The notes under the pieces are model-generated. The model ran no database searches. It saw only the letters and a list, made by a program, of their open reading frames with translations, and was not told the DNA's origin. From a virus, in IMG/VR virus record IMGVR_UViG_3300020036_004192, positions 1 through 64,000 of that record: a DNA stretch of 64,000 bases. One strand, written 5' to 3'. A program made the translations under genes and the position numbers. Shown one piece after another: positions 28,203 to 38,249 of the stretch (position 1 is the first letter of the stretch; each line of letters starts with the position of its first letter).

Positions 28203-28806
28203 TATCTGCTAGGAAAGTGGCACCTGTAGAGCGTGTTGCAGTTAGCCCCGTAGACACGCTACTATATGCTGAGAGTGTCTGTCCACCGGCATGAGCGTAA
28301 CCCATAAACCGCTTTGAGTCTACAACGCCACCAAAGGTCCGTTCCAGCCATTCTGAGCCACCGGAACCTAGGAACATGAACTCCCACCCATCATTCTGCT
28401 TAGAGGCGATGATGTCGTTTAGATCGCTGCCTTTAGTCCAAACATGACTAGCATTATCCATGCCATCTGTAAGGATTACGCAAACAACTTTCCCACTGAA
28501 ATCATTATTCTGATCCAACCATAGCTCTGTCGCCATAATGGACTTACCTACAGCGTCAAGAAGTGCTGTGTTGCCATTGGGAACGTAGTCGTTAGTCTCT
28601 GAGCCTAAGGGCGGAATATTCTCTAGCGGGACCGCAATATACCGGGCGTCAACGGCAGTCGAAAAGAGTGTAAGGGATAGTCGAGCCTCGCCTTCTACCG
28701 CCTTCTGTTCTTCAATGAATGAATTGAATCCGTCAATTGTTGCCTGACGTACACTATTCATTGATCCTGAACGGTCAATCACGAAGTTAATTAAACAGTC
28801 TGTCAT
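28195..28806 (-). CDS. von Willebrand factor A (vWA) domain protein
   Basis: MIDAS motif VIDRSGSMNS near the N-terminus; 203 aa. Confidence 0.7.
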   Translation of the reverse strand: MTDCLINFVIDRSGSMNSVRQATIDGFNSFIEEQKAVEGEARLSLTLFSTAVDARYIAVPLENIPPLGSETNDYVPNGNTALLDAVGKSIMATELWLDQNNDFSGKVVCVILTDGMDNASHVWTKGSDLNDIIASKQNDGWEFMFLGSGGSEWLERTFGGVVDSKRFMGYAHAGGQTLSAYSSVSTGLTATRSTGATFLADNG

Positions 28807-28819
28807 TGTTCTCTTTTCT

Positions 28820-29050
28820 TTAAGCTAAAATGCCACGGTTGGCAAGTATGATTTTAACAGCAGCCCGCTGAGAATGCAAATCTCTACCCTCTTGTGTAAC
28901 AGGTCTAAGTTGCTGTTCTAATTGTCTTAGTTGTTCTGACACATCAACATATATGTCAAGTAAAGTATCGGATGATAGTTCTGAATAGTTTAGATCAGTT
29001 GGCTCTTGAATCTCAATGCCTGAGATAATGGAATCAAAGTCTTTATCCAT
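28820..29050 (-). CDS. Hypothetical protein (76 aa; the ORF track runs to 29173 but an internal Met avoids overlap)
   Basis: The ATG at 29050 sits 2 nt after the upstream stop. Confidence 0.4.
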   Translation of the reverse strand: MDKDFDSIISGIEIQEPTDLNYSELSSDTLLDIYVDVSEQLRQLEQQLRPVTQEGRDLHSQRAAVKIILANRGILA

Positions 29051-29231
29051 CCAACCAACCTTGTCCCGAACATTCATAGCAATCCAGTTGTACTGGTATT
29101 GGCTCATTATGCCATCCGGTATCTTCATTCCAAACAACCCATCCAGCTTCATTTGTAATGTGCTGCCCATCACCTGCTTCTATAACATGAAAGACATTGC
29201 CATCAGAGCCTCTAACTTGTAGTAGAATCAT
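29043..29231 (-). CDS. Hypothetical Cys-containing protein (62 aa)
   Basis: Tiled ORF with clean composition. Confidence 0.4.
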   Translation of the reverse strand: MILLQVRGSDGNVFHVIEAGDGQHITNEAGWVVWNEDTGWHNEPIPVQLDCYECSGQGWLDG

Positions 29232-29335
29232 ATGCGTTTGCTATTTCTTTTAGAATTGTTTGTATAATATCATCTGCTACTAAAACAAATACAGAAGCGA
29301 TGACTATGGGGTAGAGGACTGCCCGACCCAGAATC

Positions 29336-29533
29336 CTATCCATTTGCTACAATAACCTTACTAATTTTGTTCATTATATCAATGATGTCCAGTGAAGTAA
29401 TTAATTCATTTTTACGATTAGAAAGTGGGGCACCTACTGGTCTGATTTCTGAATAATCATAGGTTAGAATAGGACGGTTGTTGGAAATGAGTGCAATTAA
29501 TTTAGCCCATTCTTCTCTCGTTGGTTTTTTCAT
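29336..29533 (-). pseudogene. Decayed remnant (65 aa) of a second class II RNR (NrdJ) gene
   Basis: Aligns to the intact NrdJ at 22850..24865 (TREEWAK, NRPxxxxDYSxIRPxGAPL, LITSxDIxDIMNKIxKxxVAxG) with an internal deletion. Confidence 0.7.
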
Positions 29534-29536
29534 AGA

Positions 29537-31105
29537 TTATAATGTCCCAAAAACATCACGCATATCCGTTCCTGATGTAAGGCGCTTAACCGTAGTGACC
29601 TTCCCATCGCAAATTGTTCGAAGAGGCTCATCCATTATAGTACCACCAATGACCACCCCATAGACATTAAATCCTAGGCGATCCTGTTCTTTCTTGAACG
29701 CTTCAAGCCATGCCGGATCGACTGCACATTGCCCGTCTGTGCAGAACACAATGTCAGCTTTAACGGCACCAGTTTTCTCATATTGTACTTTTAGGATATC
29801 AAGCGCCTTAGACAAGGGAGTCATGAAGCAGGTGCCTCCTGAAAAGAACACCTCAGCAAAGTCAATTAGCTGTTCGATCTGAACATTACGGATATCAGAA
29901 AAATCAAAATGTTTAATCTGTCTTGGTCCACCGAAATGGATGCCATGGAATTCACGCTTCTGTGACTTAGCGATCTGCAATAAAGTCAACCCGACCGCTT
30001 TAGCCCAGAGTTCTCTGTCGCCTGACATTGACCCTGACCCGTCCTCGCAGAAGATTATACCACCCTTAGCAAGCTTTTCTTCGCCCTTAAGCTTATACTG
30101 TAGCAGTCTTTCCTCATAGAACCTACGAATGAAGTCGTTACGTAAAGCCTTATGCTTTAAGGCAAGCAATTCGTTGGCGATAATTCTTGACAGGTCATTG
30201 CCTGTTTCAATATCATAGATTTCGTCACGTGAATGGATGGTTCGCTTCTGTCGTTCAGCGAATGCCATGCGAATCATTGGCCCGATCAGTTCAGATATTC
30301 TCCTGAATCGATCATTGGAAATCTTCTTCGCTAACTCTAGACGCTTATTGGCAGGGAGCCTCTTCAACTCGCCTGGGGACATGCCCCATGACTCAGCCTG
30401 TTCGATGCTTTCCTGTTCACCAATGGCGTCACCTGCCATTTTCTTTAGAGCCGACTGGATATCAGCGGTCTTGCCATCTAGGGCATCTTGGAGAGCTTGT
30501 GCCCCTTCGTCTATGGCTTTCTGTAAAGCGTCTTTTGCATCTTGAACAGCACCTTTTTGTTCCTGATAGTTCTGCACTTCTGCTTCATCAGCGTCATCTT
30601 CAAGCTGGGACAGTAGATCGTCAATGTCTGATTCCTGCTGATCCAGGCCAGCCATCTGATCCATTTTCTTCTGTAGTTCCTCAGCCGCTTTCTGTTCCTC
30701 TTTGAGTTTATCGAACAGGATTTCTAGCTCAGGTTCCATCGTGATAGAAGACAGGGCGGTTGCCACATCATCATTCACTGTGTAGGTGCGAAGCTCCTTG
30801 AACTCTTTTAGTTCCTGTGCTTCCTGTGCTACACGATGATTGACAAGATGGGAGGCCCGCATGTTGCCACGTGTCTCTAATTGTGGCATTGCTTTAAGCA
30901 GAGCGTAGAAGTTATCAGCGTAAGCCGATGAGCCTGTCGTTACAACATCTGCCAGCTTCTCTTCGGACTTACGGAGTGCCTTCATTTCTTTGAGGATTGA
31001 CTGGTAGGATTCCTCATCCCATTTGTCACGGATGATAGCATTTTTGCTGGCCTCATCGGGTGACTGTTTGTTGTTGTTTAAGAATCCTCTTAGGAAATCA
31101 CTCAC
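29537..31105 (-). CDS. vWA-domain protein with long N-terminal coiled coil (CobT-like partner of the AAA+ ATPase)
   Basis: C-terminal vWA with MIDAS FCEDGSGSMSG; acidic coiled-coil N-terminal half. Confidence 0.7.
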   Translation of the reverse strand: MSDFLRGFLNNNKQSPDEASKNAIIRDKWDEESYQSILKEMKALRKSEEKLADVVTTGSSAYADNFYALLKAMPQLETRGNMRASHLVNHRVAQEAQELKEFKELRTYTVNDDVATALSSITMEPELEILFDKLKEEQKAAEELQKKMDQMAGLDQQESDIDDLLSQLEDDADEAEVQNYQEQKGAVQDAKDALQKAIDEGAQALQDALDGKTADIQSALKKMAGDAIGEQESIEQAESWGMSPGELKRLPANKRLELAKKISNDRFRRISELIGPMIRMAFAERQKRTIHSRDEIYDIETGNDLSRIIANELLALKHKALRNDFIRRFYEERLLQYKLKGEEKLAKGGIIFCEDGSGSMSGDRELWAKAVGLTLLQIAKSQKREFHGIHFGGPRQIKHFDFSDIRNVQIEQLIDFAEVFFSGGTCFMTPLSKALDILKVQYEKTGAVKADIVFCTDGQCAVDPAWLEAFKKEQDRLGFNVYGVVIGGTIMDEPLRTICDGKVTTVKRLTSGTDMRDVFGTL

Positions 31106-31264
31106 TATCTCTCCGCTCTATTAACTAACTCTTGCCCTTGCTTGTAACCCTCATTATATGCTTTTTGTATATCAGAACGATATTCTCTGGGGCCGATACA
31201 AACAAGCATACCACAATTAATTAGACCGTACTTCTCCATAAAAGCTTCTGCTAATACCTCAGCC

Positions 31265-31528
31265 TTACTCATCATCTAATGCCCTGCATACACTGCACTT
31301 ATCTCCATATTTAGAAGAAACCCAAGTGTGGACATGAGCACCTAAGTCTCTAGCTGTAACTTCTATTTCTCTCCCAGCGTAGACTACATGCATAGAATCA
31401 AGTTCCGTGACATTAGTGTACCGAATGTGCTCCCGTACGTCAGCCAATTCGTCATTAAACTCGCCTCGGTCAAGTAGGTATAGAAGGGAACTACATGTAT
31501 CTGCAAGGAACCTTTCAGCTACCCCCAT
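31265..31528 (-). CDS. Hypothetical protein (87 aa)
   Basis: Sits between the AAA+ and vWA genes; ATGA overlap. Confidence 0.45.
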   Translation of the reverse strand: MGVAERFLADTCSSLLYLLDRGEFNDELADVREHIRYTNVTELDSMHVVYAGREIEVTARDLGAHVHTWVSSKYGDKCSVCRALDDE

Positions 31529-32703
31529 TATAGCTCTCCCTTAAATCCGTCCTTCATTACCCGAGTAGCAACCTCGTTAACCTTTGCGTCAGCAAGATCA
31601 ATAATCTCGGACTTGCGGCCTGACTCTTCGATCTTAGCGTGAAGTTCCTTAAGAGTGATCTTGGCCTTCTTAAGCTTCGTCCAGATTTCCACTGACTGAC
31701 TGGCAGCCTGGTTATCGTTATCTGCATCAGACAGAACCTTGTTAAGATCCTTATCCAGCTTCTCCACTCGCTCTAGAATATCTAGGGCTTCCTTCTCTAG
31801 AGGGTTAGCTAGCTCTAGGATAACACGCTCAGCCACTCTAGCATCTTCGGGCCGACCCCACATTACATGGCGTAGAATACGTAGGTCATCTACTTCGACC
31901 TCATCACGACCGTTCAGATAAGCCTCAGCCTGGATGATCGGCAGACATTCAGCGAACCGTCGCTCAGACGGCTCAATGCCCTTAGCTGCAAGGTCGTCAC
32001 GAAGGGCACGCATGATTTCTAGAATCTCTGTTGAGATTTTTACCTGCTTGACGCCTTCCTGTGCTTCCAGGATGTCATTCCAAGTCAGAAACTTCTCTAC
32101 ATCCTTCTGTGTTGTGCTGTTGTGGGTGTCAAGCATCCGAATGAAGTTCCCAGGCTCGTGAAGTGGGCCTACGTTAAACCGAAAATGCAATCTATCCCAA
32201 AGCGCCCATAGCCCATCATCTGCGGGCATCTCATTGGAGGCCGCAAAGATGGAGGATAGCGGCACACGTTCCTCATCTGCACCGTTGAAGAACAGTCTCT
32301 CGTTGGAGATGGTTAGCAGGGCGTTAAGAATAGACGAGTTGGCCTTGAAAATCTCATCTAGGAACGCAATAGCAGCGGTTGGAAGCTTGCGATCAGTTAC
32401 CCTAACATAGTTACCTTTCTCCATTTCAACAATAGAAGGCGGGCCGAGCACTTCCTCAGGGGTAGTGTACTTTGTTAGCAGCCACTGGAAGTAAGGATTG
32501 TCTAGGTGAGAGTCTGAGAAATCTACACGATCAACTAACTCACGAATCATATAGGACTTGCCTACACCGGGCGGGCCGATCATGAAGAAATGCTTCTGTG
32601 AAACTAGAGCATTCAGCATTGCATGAATTTCACGCTGACGTTCGAAAACGCTTTCGTTTAGGTCTGCTTCTAGAGCAGAGAACTTATCTGTTAAGGTTGT
32701 CAT
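31528..32703 (-). CDS. MoxR/CobS-like AAA+ ATPase
   Basis: Walker A IGPPGVGKSYM, Walker B AFLDEIFKA, sensor motifs, about 390 aa. Confidence 0.75.
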   Translation of the reverse strand: MTTLTDKFSALEADLNESVFERQREIHAMLNALVSQKHFFMIGPPGVGKSYMIRELVDRVDFSDSHLDNPYFQWLLTKYTTPEEVLGPPSIVEMEKGNYVRVTDRKLPTAAIAFLDEIFKANSSILNALLTISNERLFFNGADEERVPLSSIFAASNEMPADDGLWALWDRLHFRFNVGPLHEPGNFIRMLDTHNSTTQKDVEKFLTWNDILEAQEGVKQVKISTEILEIMRALRDDLAAKGIEPSERRFAECLPIIQAEAYLNGRDEVEVDDLRILRHVMWGRPEDARVAERVILELANPLEKEALDILERVEKLDKDLNKVLSDADNDNQAASQSVEIWTKLKKAKITLKELHAKIEESGRKSEIIDLADAKVNEVATRVMKDGFKGEL

Positions 32704-32713
32704 TTAGCTTCTT

Positions 32714-33073
32714 TCATACGAGTGTTGTCCAGTTTTCTCCACCGCTACATACGGCTAGAACTTTGAGTTGTTTATTTATGGCATGCATATTAATTACTTT
32801 ACTTCTAGCATCCCTGGGGTTAAACGCTACAACGTTCAAGTTTATTTCAACGTCACCTATCTTACAGTATACATCATATGGTCGCCCTTTGGCAAGGAAA
32901 ACTTTTAGAGCCTCTGGATCATTGTTATTCCCTTTATCCAGATAGTTTTTTAGGTCTTGTAGTGAGTTACCAAAGTTGAGTGCATCCCATTTGGATGATG
33001 CATACTTAGCTTTTTTGCCCTTAGAATGGTTTTTGTATTGTTTTGAATGTTTCGATCCGTCTTTTCTTGGCAT
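32714..33073 (-). CDS. Hypothetical basic protein (119 aa)
   Basis: Lys-rich N-terminus; tiled. Confidence 0.45.
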   Translation of the reverse strand: MPRKDGSKHSKQYKNHSKGKKAKYASSKWDALNFGNSLQDLKNYLDKGNNNDPEALKVFLAKGRPYDVYCKIGDVEINLNVVAFNPRDARSKVINMHAINKQLKVLAVCSGGENWTTLV

Positions 33074-33189
33074 TTGTCACATCGTAGTGGTGATGATACG
33101 AGCTAGTGCTGCGATTAAAGCATCGGCCTTCAAGATATTATTCACTTTACCCACGGCCCCTTCGAAAGCCCAAGCTAAATCTTTATAGG

Positions 33190-34326
33190 TCATACCAGTA
33201 CATCCTTATTTACTAGCTTAAGTGAACCAAAAGGATCTGGTTCCGACTTGTCATTACGGATTCTCATGAACGCAGGCTGATATAGCCGATTACTTTTCCC
33301 TACATATAAGTAGCGAATCTCAACGATGTCACCAATCTTTACCCTACGAAGATTAGTTGCGCTCATAGTGCAATTACCGATGGGGATATCGTCAGCACAC
33401 TCTAGGGAAATACTTGCCTGTTCATTAATGCCGGTCACTCTTAGGTCAGCCGTTTCAACGAACTTAAACTTAAGTAAGTTCGTTGTCCTTGCACCTGACT
33501 GGTATGGAGCAGTCATTCGTCTGGCAATTACGCCTTCTGAATTAGATGCGTCAACCTTATCTAAGAAATCTTCTTTATCCTTGGAGGTAAGATGCGAAGG
33601 GAGTTGCATGATGTGATTAGGTGCCCAATGATTGAAGATCGTGTTGAGGCAGTCTAATCTCATATGGTAAGTGGCGTCTTGAATGATATTAACACCGTTT
33701 GTGTTGATCACTTTGATTAGATCAAAGACATAATATTTGCGGTTAATATATTCACCATCGAATAGCCATACACCTTTAAAGAATTCTGGATTCGAGAACT
33801 CTTTAATCACAGGACGTAAAACTTTTACCTGGCGAGTGTATTCTTTACCATCCCTATTGTAGACGGTAACCGCTCCGTTGTCAACCTCGACTATCATTCT
33901 GTCTCCGTCAACTTTTTGCTGAAAGCAGAATGAGTTATCGCTGACTAGTTCCATTAGTCGTTCTTTGTCCATGGATTCTGCGAGCATTGGAAGATGCATT
34001 TTGAACTCTTCTAACGTTAAGTTATTCTTCTCTAGGTTGCATTTCTTGCAGGCTAGGCATAAGTTTTCTATAGCATCCGTACCTTGTCTGCTAATGGGGG
34101 TCTTGTGGTCAACAGTTAATGTTTCTTCGTTAAGTTCTTGTTTGCAGTAGAAACATTTGTTATCCTGCTGTTCTTTTAGGATTTTGATTTTAGTCTGAGA
34201 TATCTTCTTTCGCCTATGGATTTTGAATCCGCATCTGAGACAGAGGCGTCCGTCCCAATTGTGCTTCTTTTGTTTGCCACATGGCTGAAGATCATTCCAG
34301 GCTAATTGTCTATCCGCTATTGCCAT
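33190..34326 (-). CDS. Fusion protein: N-terminal HNH endonuclease/Zn-ribbon domain plus ATP-dependent DNA ligase (minimal NTase plus OB)
   Basis: HNH motif CFYCKQELNEETLTVDHKTPISRQGTDAIENLCLACKKCN. Ligase motifs I KVDGDR, III FDGEY, IV EGVIARR, V LLKFKF, VI IRNDK. Confidence 0.7.
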   Translation of the reverse strand: MAIADRQLAWNDLQPCGKQKKHNWDGRLCLRCGFKIHRRKKISQTKIKILKEQQDNKCFYCKQELNEETLTVDHKTPISRQGTDAIENLCLACKKCNLEKNNLTLEEFKMHLPMLAESMDKERLMELVSDNSFCFQQKVDGDRMIVEVDNGAVTVYNRDGKEYTRQVKVLRPVIKEFSNPEFFKGVWLFDGEYINRKYYVFDLIKVINTNGVNIIQDATYHMRLDCLNTIFNHWAPNHIMQLPSHLTSKDKEDFLDKVDASNSEGVIARRMTAPYQSGARTTNLLKFKFVETADLRVTGINEQASISLECADDIPIGNCTMSATNLRRVKIGDIVEIRYLYVGKSNRLYQPAFMRIRNDKSEPDPFGSLKLVNKDVLV

Positions 34327-34345
34327 TTTGTAAAGTTAGCATTTA

Positions 34346-34576
34346 TTACCATCCCACCCCAAAGAATTTATAGAAATCAGTTTTGATGTTATTATGGTCA
34401 GTTAGTTCAAGAATACTCCACGGTCCATCTGAATCACCAAATTTAATGACGCAATCAAATGTATTGGCGTCGTCTCTTTCAAACTTCATTTCAGTGATGC
34501 CATGTTTAACCATGTAAGTCATGATCTTCTCGGCTCGTCCCCAACTTCTACGGGCACGAAGATTCCTAATCCACAT
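34346..34576 (-). CDS. Hypothetical protein (76 aa)
   Basis: Tiled ORF. Confidence 0.4.
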   Translation of the reverse strand: MWIRNLRARRSWGRAEKIMTYMVKHGITEMKFERDDANTFDCVIKFGDSDGPWSILELTDHNNIKTDFYKFFGVGW

Positions 34577-34772
34577 CGTTTGGATCTTCGGCGTCTATGA
34601 ATTGTAATTGCGTTTTACTGAGGTTTTCCTCAGTAAGCTCGAATGTAACTTTATATACATTCGATAACATATACTTATTAGCAAAGTCTTCTGCGTTAGA
34701 GTGAAATATAAACAACTCGCTGTTAAGCGCATCAGTTTTGTTATCTCCTGCCACAAACATTTCTATTTTCAT
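34566..34772 (-). CDS. Hypothetical protein (68 aa)
   Basis: Tiled ORF. Confidence 0.4.
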   Translation of the reverse strand: MKIEMFVAGDNKTDALNSELFIFHSNAEDFANKYMLSNVYKVTFELTEENLSKTQLQFIDAEDPNDVD

Positions 34773-35107
34773 TAGCTAAACCAGTCTTTCATTTCATCCA
34801 TGATTTCTTGGCGCTTCTTACCGTCGTCTGCCTTTGCAGCCTGTGCAAAGCCACCCTGGATAATACTCATGAATTCAGCTTCAAGATCAGGATCAGATAC
34901 TACAACATTCTCATCTGCGGGAGAGAACTTCAAAGCGACCTGCGCCGTGTCCCCACCGTCAGGATCTTCATTCGGAATGATAGCCAACCCACCCAACTCA
35001 AATCCGTGCTTGGCAGCAAGTTCTTTGATGCGTTTCTGCAGAATGCGTAGCTTCTCTAGTGGGTCATTAGCCATGTCTAATCCTAATTTCTTCTTCAGTC
35101 TTTTCAT
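34772..35107 (-). CDS. Hypothetical protein (111 aa)
   Basis: Tiled ORF; ATGA overlap. Confidence 0.45.
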   Translation of the reverse strand: MKRLKKKLGLDMANDPLEKLRILQKRIKELAAKHGFELGGLAIIPNEDPDGGDTAQVALKFSPADENVVVSDPDLEAEFMSIIQGGFAQAAKADDGKKRQEIMDEMKDWFS

Positions 35108-35405
35108 TATATGCTTTTAACGCTTCTGCGTCAATTGCTTCTAATTCTTCGGTCTTATCTTGTTCGTCAACACGAGTATATTGGACTTCATTCCAGCCGT
35201 TAAAGAAGAATTCGATATTCTTGACATTGGCTCTCATAGGCATTTCTGGAGAATCTAATGCTGCCGCGATGCCCGCCCAGTAAGCATACCTTTGACTATG
35301 AACGATACATTCATATGTGTTTTTGATGTCTTTGAAAGTGCCATCAGTGAAAATATATCGTACCCCTGAGCCTTTCAATTCTGCGGATTTAATGTCACCG
35401 TTCAT
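35067..35405 (-). CDS. Hypothetical protein (112 aa)
   Basis: Tiled ORF. Confidence 0.45.
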   Translation of the reverse strand: MNGDIKSAELKGSGVRYIFTDGTFKDIKNTYECIVHSQRYAYWAGIAAALDSPEMPMRANVKNIEFFFNGWNEVQYTRVDEQDKTEELEAIDAEALKAYNEKTEEEIRIRHG

Positions 35406-35773
35406 GCTGTCAACTCTTTCATTACTTCAATGATTTCGGATAAACCACTACCCACCCAGATGGGCACAGGGTTACCTTTCTCAGTCACCCTGCAAAAATA
35501 GGACTTCTCGTTACCTTTTTCTAGTGGATCATACGTTACTCTGGCAAGTTTACCGTCAGCGCATACTATAAATAACACTAGCGGACCATGCCTGCTTGCC
35601 ATCGTGAACTTTAGGATATTATCCTGGTCTTTAAGCCCCTTAAGTAAAAAGAATAGGGCGCTGTATCCCCATTGGGGTTTCACTGATGAGCTAAACTTAT
35701 CCCATTCGGCGTTGTCATTGTAAAGTGCAAGTGCCCAATCAGATATCATTGCCCAACTCGCTTCTAGAAGCAT
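35402..35773 (-). CDS. Hypothetical protein (123 aa)
   Basis: Tiled ORF. Confidence 0.45.
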   Translation of the reverse strand: MLLEASWAMISDWALALYNDNAEWDKFSSSVKPQWGYSALFFLLKGLKDQDNILKFTMASRHGPLVLFIVCADGKLARVTYDPLEKGNEKSYFCRVTEKGNPVPIWVGSGLSEIIEVMKELTA

Positions 35774-35936
35774 AGATCATTGTGATAGGCCAAGCCATAC
35801 ACATAGCCCAAATTAAGATAAGCCCACCTACCGCATTTCCGGGTTGGGATTTTGAAAATCTATTCCTAAATGCAAATGTACAGTATACAAACCATGCGAC
35901 TGCAATAAGCAGGTACAACACTTTAACTATTACCAT
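35739..35936 (-). CDS. Small membrane protein (65 aa)
   Basis: Two hydrophobic segments. Confidence 0.4.
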   Translation of the reverse strand: MVIVKVLYLLIAVAWFVYCTFAFRNRFSKSQPGNAVGGLILIWAMCMAWPITMIYASRSELGNDI

Positions 35937-35938
35937 CT

Positions 35939-36835
35939 TTAAACCTCTACGTCTCTCGCTAGCCTAGCGCCGAGGGCTGTGATCTCTCTACCTCTGGCTT
36001 GACGTTCAATAAGCCCCTGCCTGATCAGATCAATTTCTAACTGGACTATAGCGCCTTCTGGGATACTCAGCATCATTTGCATAAGTTCCAATCCGGCCTG
36101 CCCACCGGCAGCTAGTAAGTTTTTAAGATACCTGATGTGTTCTACTGATAACCCTGTCTCTGTTATTCTTAGTGCATCTAGAATTTCTAAAGCAGAAGGC
36201 GAATTCCCATTCTGGTAGAATAAATCTCTAGCGACTGAAATAAAGCCATTGACATTTCGAGGGACACCAAGAGAAGCTTTCGCCAGCAATTCCAAGTCCA
36301 CCTCATTCATATATAGCATTTCTTTTTTCATCCCATTAGAAATGATTTGCATTATCTCTTGCTGGGTATAGGGGTCGAAGGTAGGGAGAATTCCTGCATT
36401 TTTGAACCGTTCATACAATGGCCGAATGATTTTATCACCTTCGGTGGTAGCGGCTACCACTGTAAGATTGTTATTGTCCCATCTATTACCTCTGTCGTCA
36501 AGGTAATAGTTATCTTCTATGAATGTTAGTAGACTTTCCTGCTGTCTCGGGTTGCTTCTATGGATTTCGTCAAAGAGGACAACACCTTCCTGGTTCTTTA
36601 CCACACGTTCTAGGATTCTTGGCTTAAGTGGCATGATGAAGTTTTCGAACGGTTGCCCCATCTCATTGGAGATGATCGAGGCCAGCGTTGTCTTGCCCAT
36701 TCCAGGACCAGAGACTAGTAGAACGTGTGGTAGATTCACGCCACGTTCTAACGATGATTGGATATGGAGTTGCAGTCTGTCTTTAAGACTCTCTTGTCCT
36801 ATATAGTCAGACCATGAAGTTGGTCTATGTGTCAT
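35939..36835 (-). CDS. ruvB: RuvB-like Holliday-junction branch-migration AAA+ ATPase
   Basis: YIGQ, LLVSGPGMGKTTLASIISNEMG, VLFDEIHR, VVAATT, GVPRNVNGFISVARD and a C-terminal winged helix, collinear with bacterial RuvB. Confidence 0.8.
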   Translation of the reverse strand: MTHRPTSWSDYIGQESLKDRLQLHIQSSLERGVNLPHVLLVSGPGMGKTTLASIISNEMGQPFENFIMPLKPRILERVVKNQEGVVLFDEIHRSNPRQQESLLTFIEDNYYLDDRGNRWDNNNLTVVAATTEGDKIIRPLYERFKNAGILPTFDPYTQQEIMQIISNGMKKEMLYMNEVDLELLAKASLGVPRNVNGFISVARDLFYQNGNSPSALEILDALRITETGLSVEHIRYLKNLLAAGGQAGLELMQMMLSIPEGAIVQLEIDLIRQGLIERQARGREITALGARLARDVEV

Positions 36836-36978
36836 TATTCTTTTTCAACGATTCACGCATTGTCTGTATGGCCTCTGTGATCTGCTCGCCACCTTCGTCT
36901 TCGTAATCTGCTTCATCCATTAGGATACGTTTCCAGGCACTGGCTGCACTAATAAGAGTCCATATCGCATCAACTTCT

Positions 36979-37170
36979 TTACGATTCATTATTCTGCCTG
37001 AGATAGTTTGAATTAGTATGTTGCCCGCCTGGGTCTACCGGAATTCCACGCAGATCGTCTACTGCATCTTTGACAAGGATAGATTCTTTCCATTGTCCGT
37101 TTCTTGCCAGTTCTGCCGCATAGTGCAGTAGTTCTGCTAAACGTTCGTCCGTGAAACGCGGTGTGGCCAC
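36979..37170 (-). CDS. Hypothetical protein (63 aa)
   Basis: Tiled ORF. Confidence 0.35.
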   Translation of the reverse strand: MATPRFTDERLAELLHYAAELARNGQWKESILVKDAVDDLRGIPVDPGGQHTNSNYLRQNNES

Positions 37171-37377
37171 TTAACCCTCTGATTTGTATACGTTTACCTG
37201 CACTGAAAGGGCAAGCAGTAGAGCTAGTGCCTCAGTTTCTGAGGTTGCAAAGATAGCTGATCGTGTAATGATCTTATTGCTATGATTGTCTGGCACTTCT
37301 CGTCCTGTTATGTCAGTGACTGAGTAGTTGACTCGGTTGTCGTCTGTTTCAAACGTTGTAATTAGGTATCTGTTCAT
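37171..37377 (-). CDS. Hypothetical protein (68 aa)
   Basis: Tiled ORF. Confidence 0.35.
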   Translation of the reverse strand: MNRYLITTFETDDNRVNYSVTDITGREVPDNHSNKIITRSAIFATSETEALALLLALSVQVNVYKSEG

Positions 37378-37763
37378 AATGCTACTTTCTGTAATAGTCT
37401 ACGAGACTGAACCATATTTACATATGCCTCATGCTGCTCTTTTGTTCTGGTTAGGATAGCGATAAGATCCTCTAACTCATGGTTATTTTCGAACTGAATT
37501 TCAATGGTTGTTGCTAGGGTTGATCCAGGGTAACGGCGTGGTACTATCTTAAGATAGAAACCGGCTGGGGATTCCCCATCGTTTTCTTGAATTTCTTCGT
37601 CACTTAGGTCATAAGCTATGAGGCCAGCTTCGTAGCCCTGCAGTCCACGTTGTTCGCTCTTGTTAGTTGTGAGTGTTTTCATTGCTTTCCTTTTAGTTGT
37701 GACAACTGTTGATTGCTCCGTCAATTGATCGAAGCAGTTCGTCTTTTTGCGACCAATGGTCAC
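37374..37763 (-). CDS. Hypothetical protein (129 aa)
   Basis: Tiled ORF. Confidence 0.45.
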   Translation of the reverse strand: MTIGRKKTNCFDQLTEQSTVVTTKRKAMKTLTTNKSEQRGLQGYEAGLIAYDLSDEEIQENDGESPAGFYLKIVPRRYPGSTLATTIEIQFENNHELEDLIAILTRTKEQHEAYVNMVQSRRLLQKVAL

Positions 37764-37935
37764 CTTGGTATAAGGAGGGGCCTTCTTTTAGCTTCTCAGC
37801 TTGGGCCTTGGCCTCATTAAGTAACGCTCTAATGGTAGCGCATTTATCGTTTTCAACTTCTCTACGAAGTTCCCTGGCCTGTTTTTCTAGCAGTGCAGCC
37901 TGGGTTAACCTTTCATCTTCAACGTTTATCACCAT
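37693..37935 (-). CDS. Hypothetical coiled-coil protein (80 aa)
   Basis: Tiled ORF. Confidence 0.35.
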   Translation of the reverse strand: MVINVEDERLTQAALLEKQARELRREVENDKCATIRALLNEAKAQAEKLKEGPSLYQGDHWSQKDELLRSIDGAINSCHN

Positions 37936-38249
37936 TCACCTCCATAATCTTCATACGCACGAACGGCTGGGACGATATTCGGGAAACGTCCGCCCCCTCG
38001 GCATATATCACCGATCCGATGCGCATGATACGCAGAATTGCATACGTCCCATCGTAAAACCCATCTGCTACCTAAATATTCATATACAGCCACTCGATAG
38101 TATGAGCCTGGCATTAACGGGTCTACAGATAACACTAAGTGAAACTCTCCACGCTCATCGTCAGAGTGAGTTATACTTGCCACAACGACCCCATCAATTC
38201 CTGGCTCAGTGCAGCCTGGCTGTGGCAGTCGAGGGTGATTGCCCATCAC
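37929..38249 (-). CDS. Hypothetical protein (106 aa)
   Basis: Tiled ORF. Confidence 0.4.
   Translation of the reverse strand: MMGNHPRLPQPGCTEPGIDGVVVASITHSDDERGEFHLVLSVDPLMPGSYYRVAVYEYLGSRWVLRWDVCNSAYHAHRIGDICRGGGRFPNIVPAVRAYEDYGGEW

Noticed and set aside
29537-32703. Calling the AAA+/vWA pair a bona fide cobaltochelatase CobS/CobT
   Set aside because: MoxR-AAA plus vWA pairs are generic chaperone-like modules. The cobalamin link is only inferred from the adjacent NrdJ remnant, so they were kept as 'CobS/CobT-like'.
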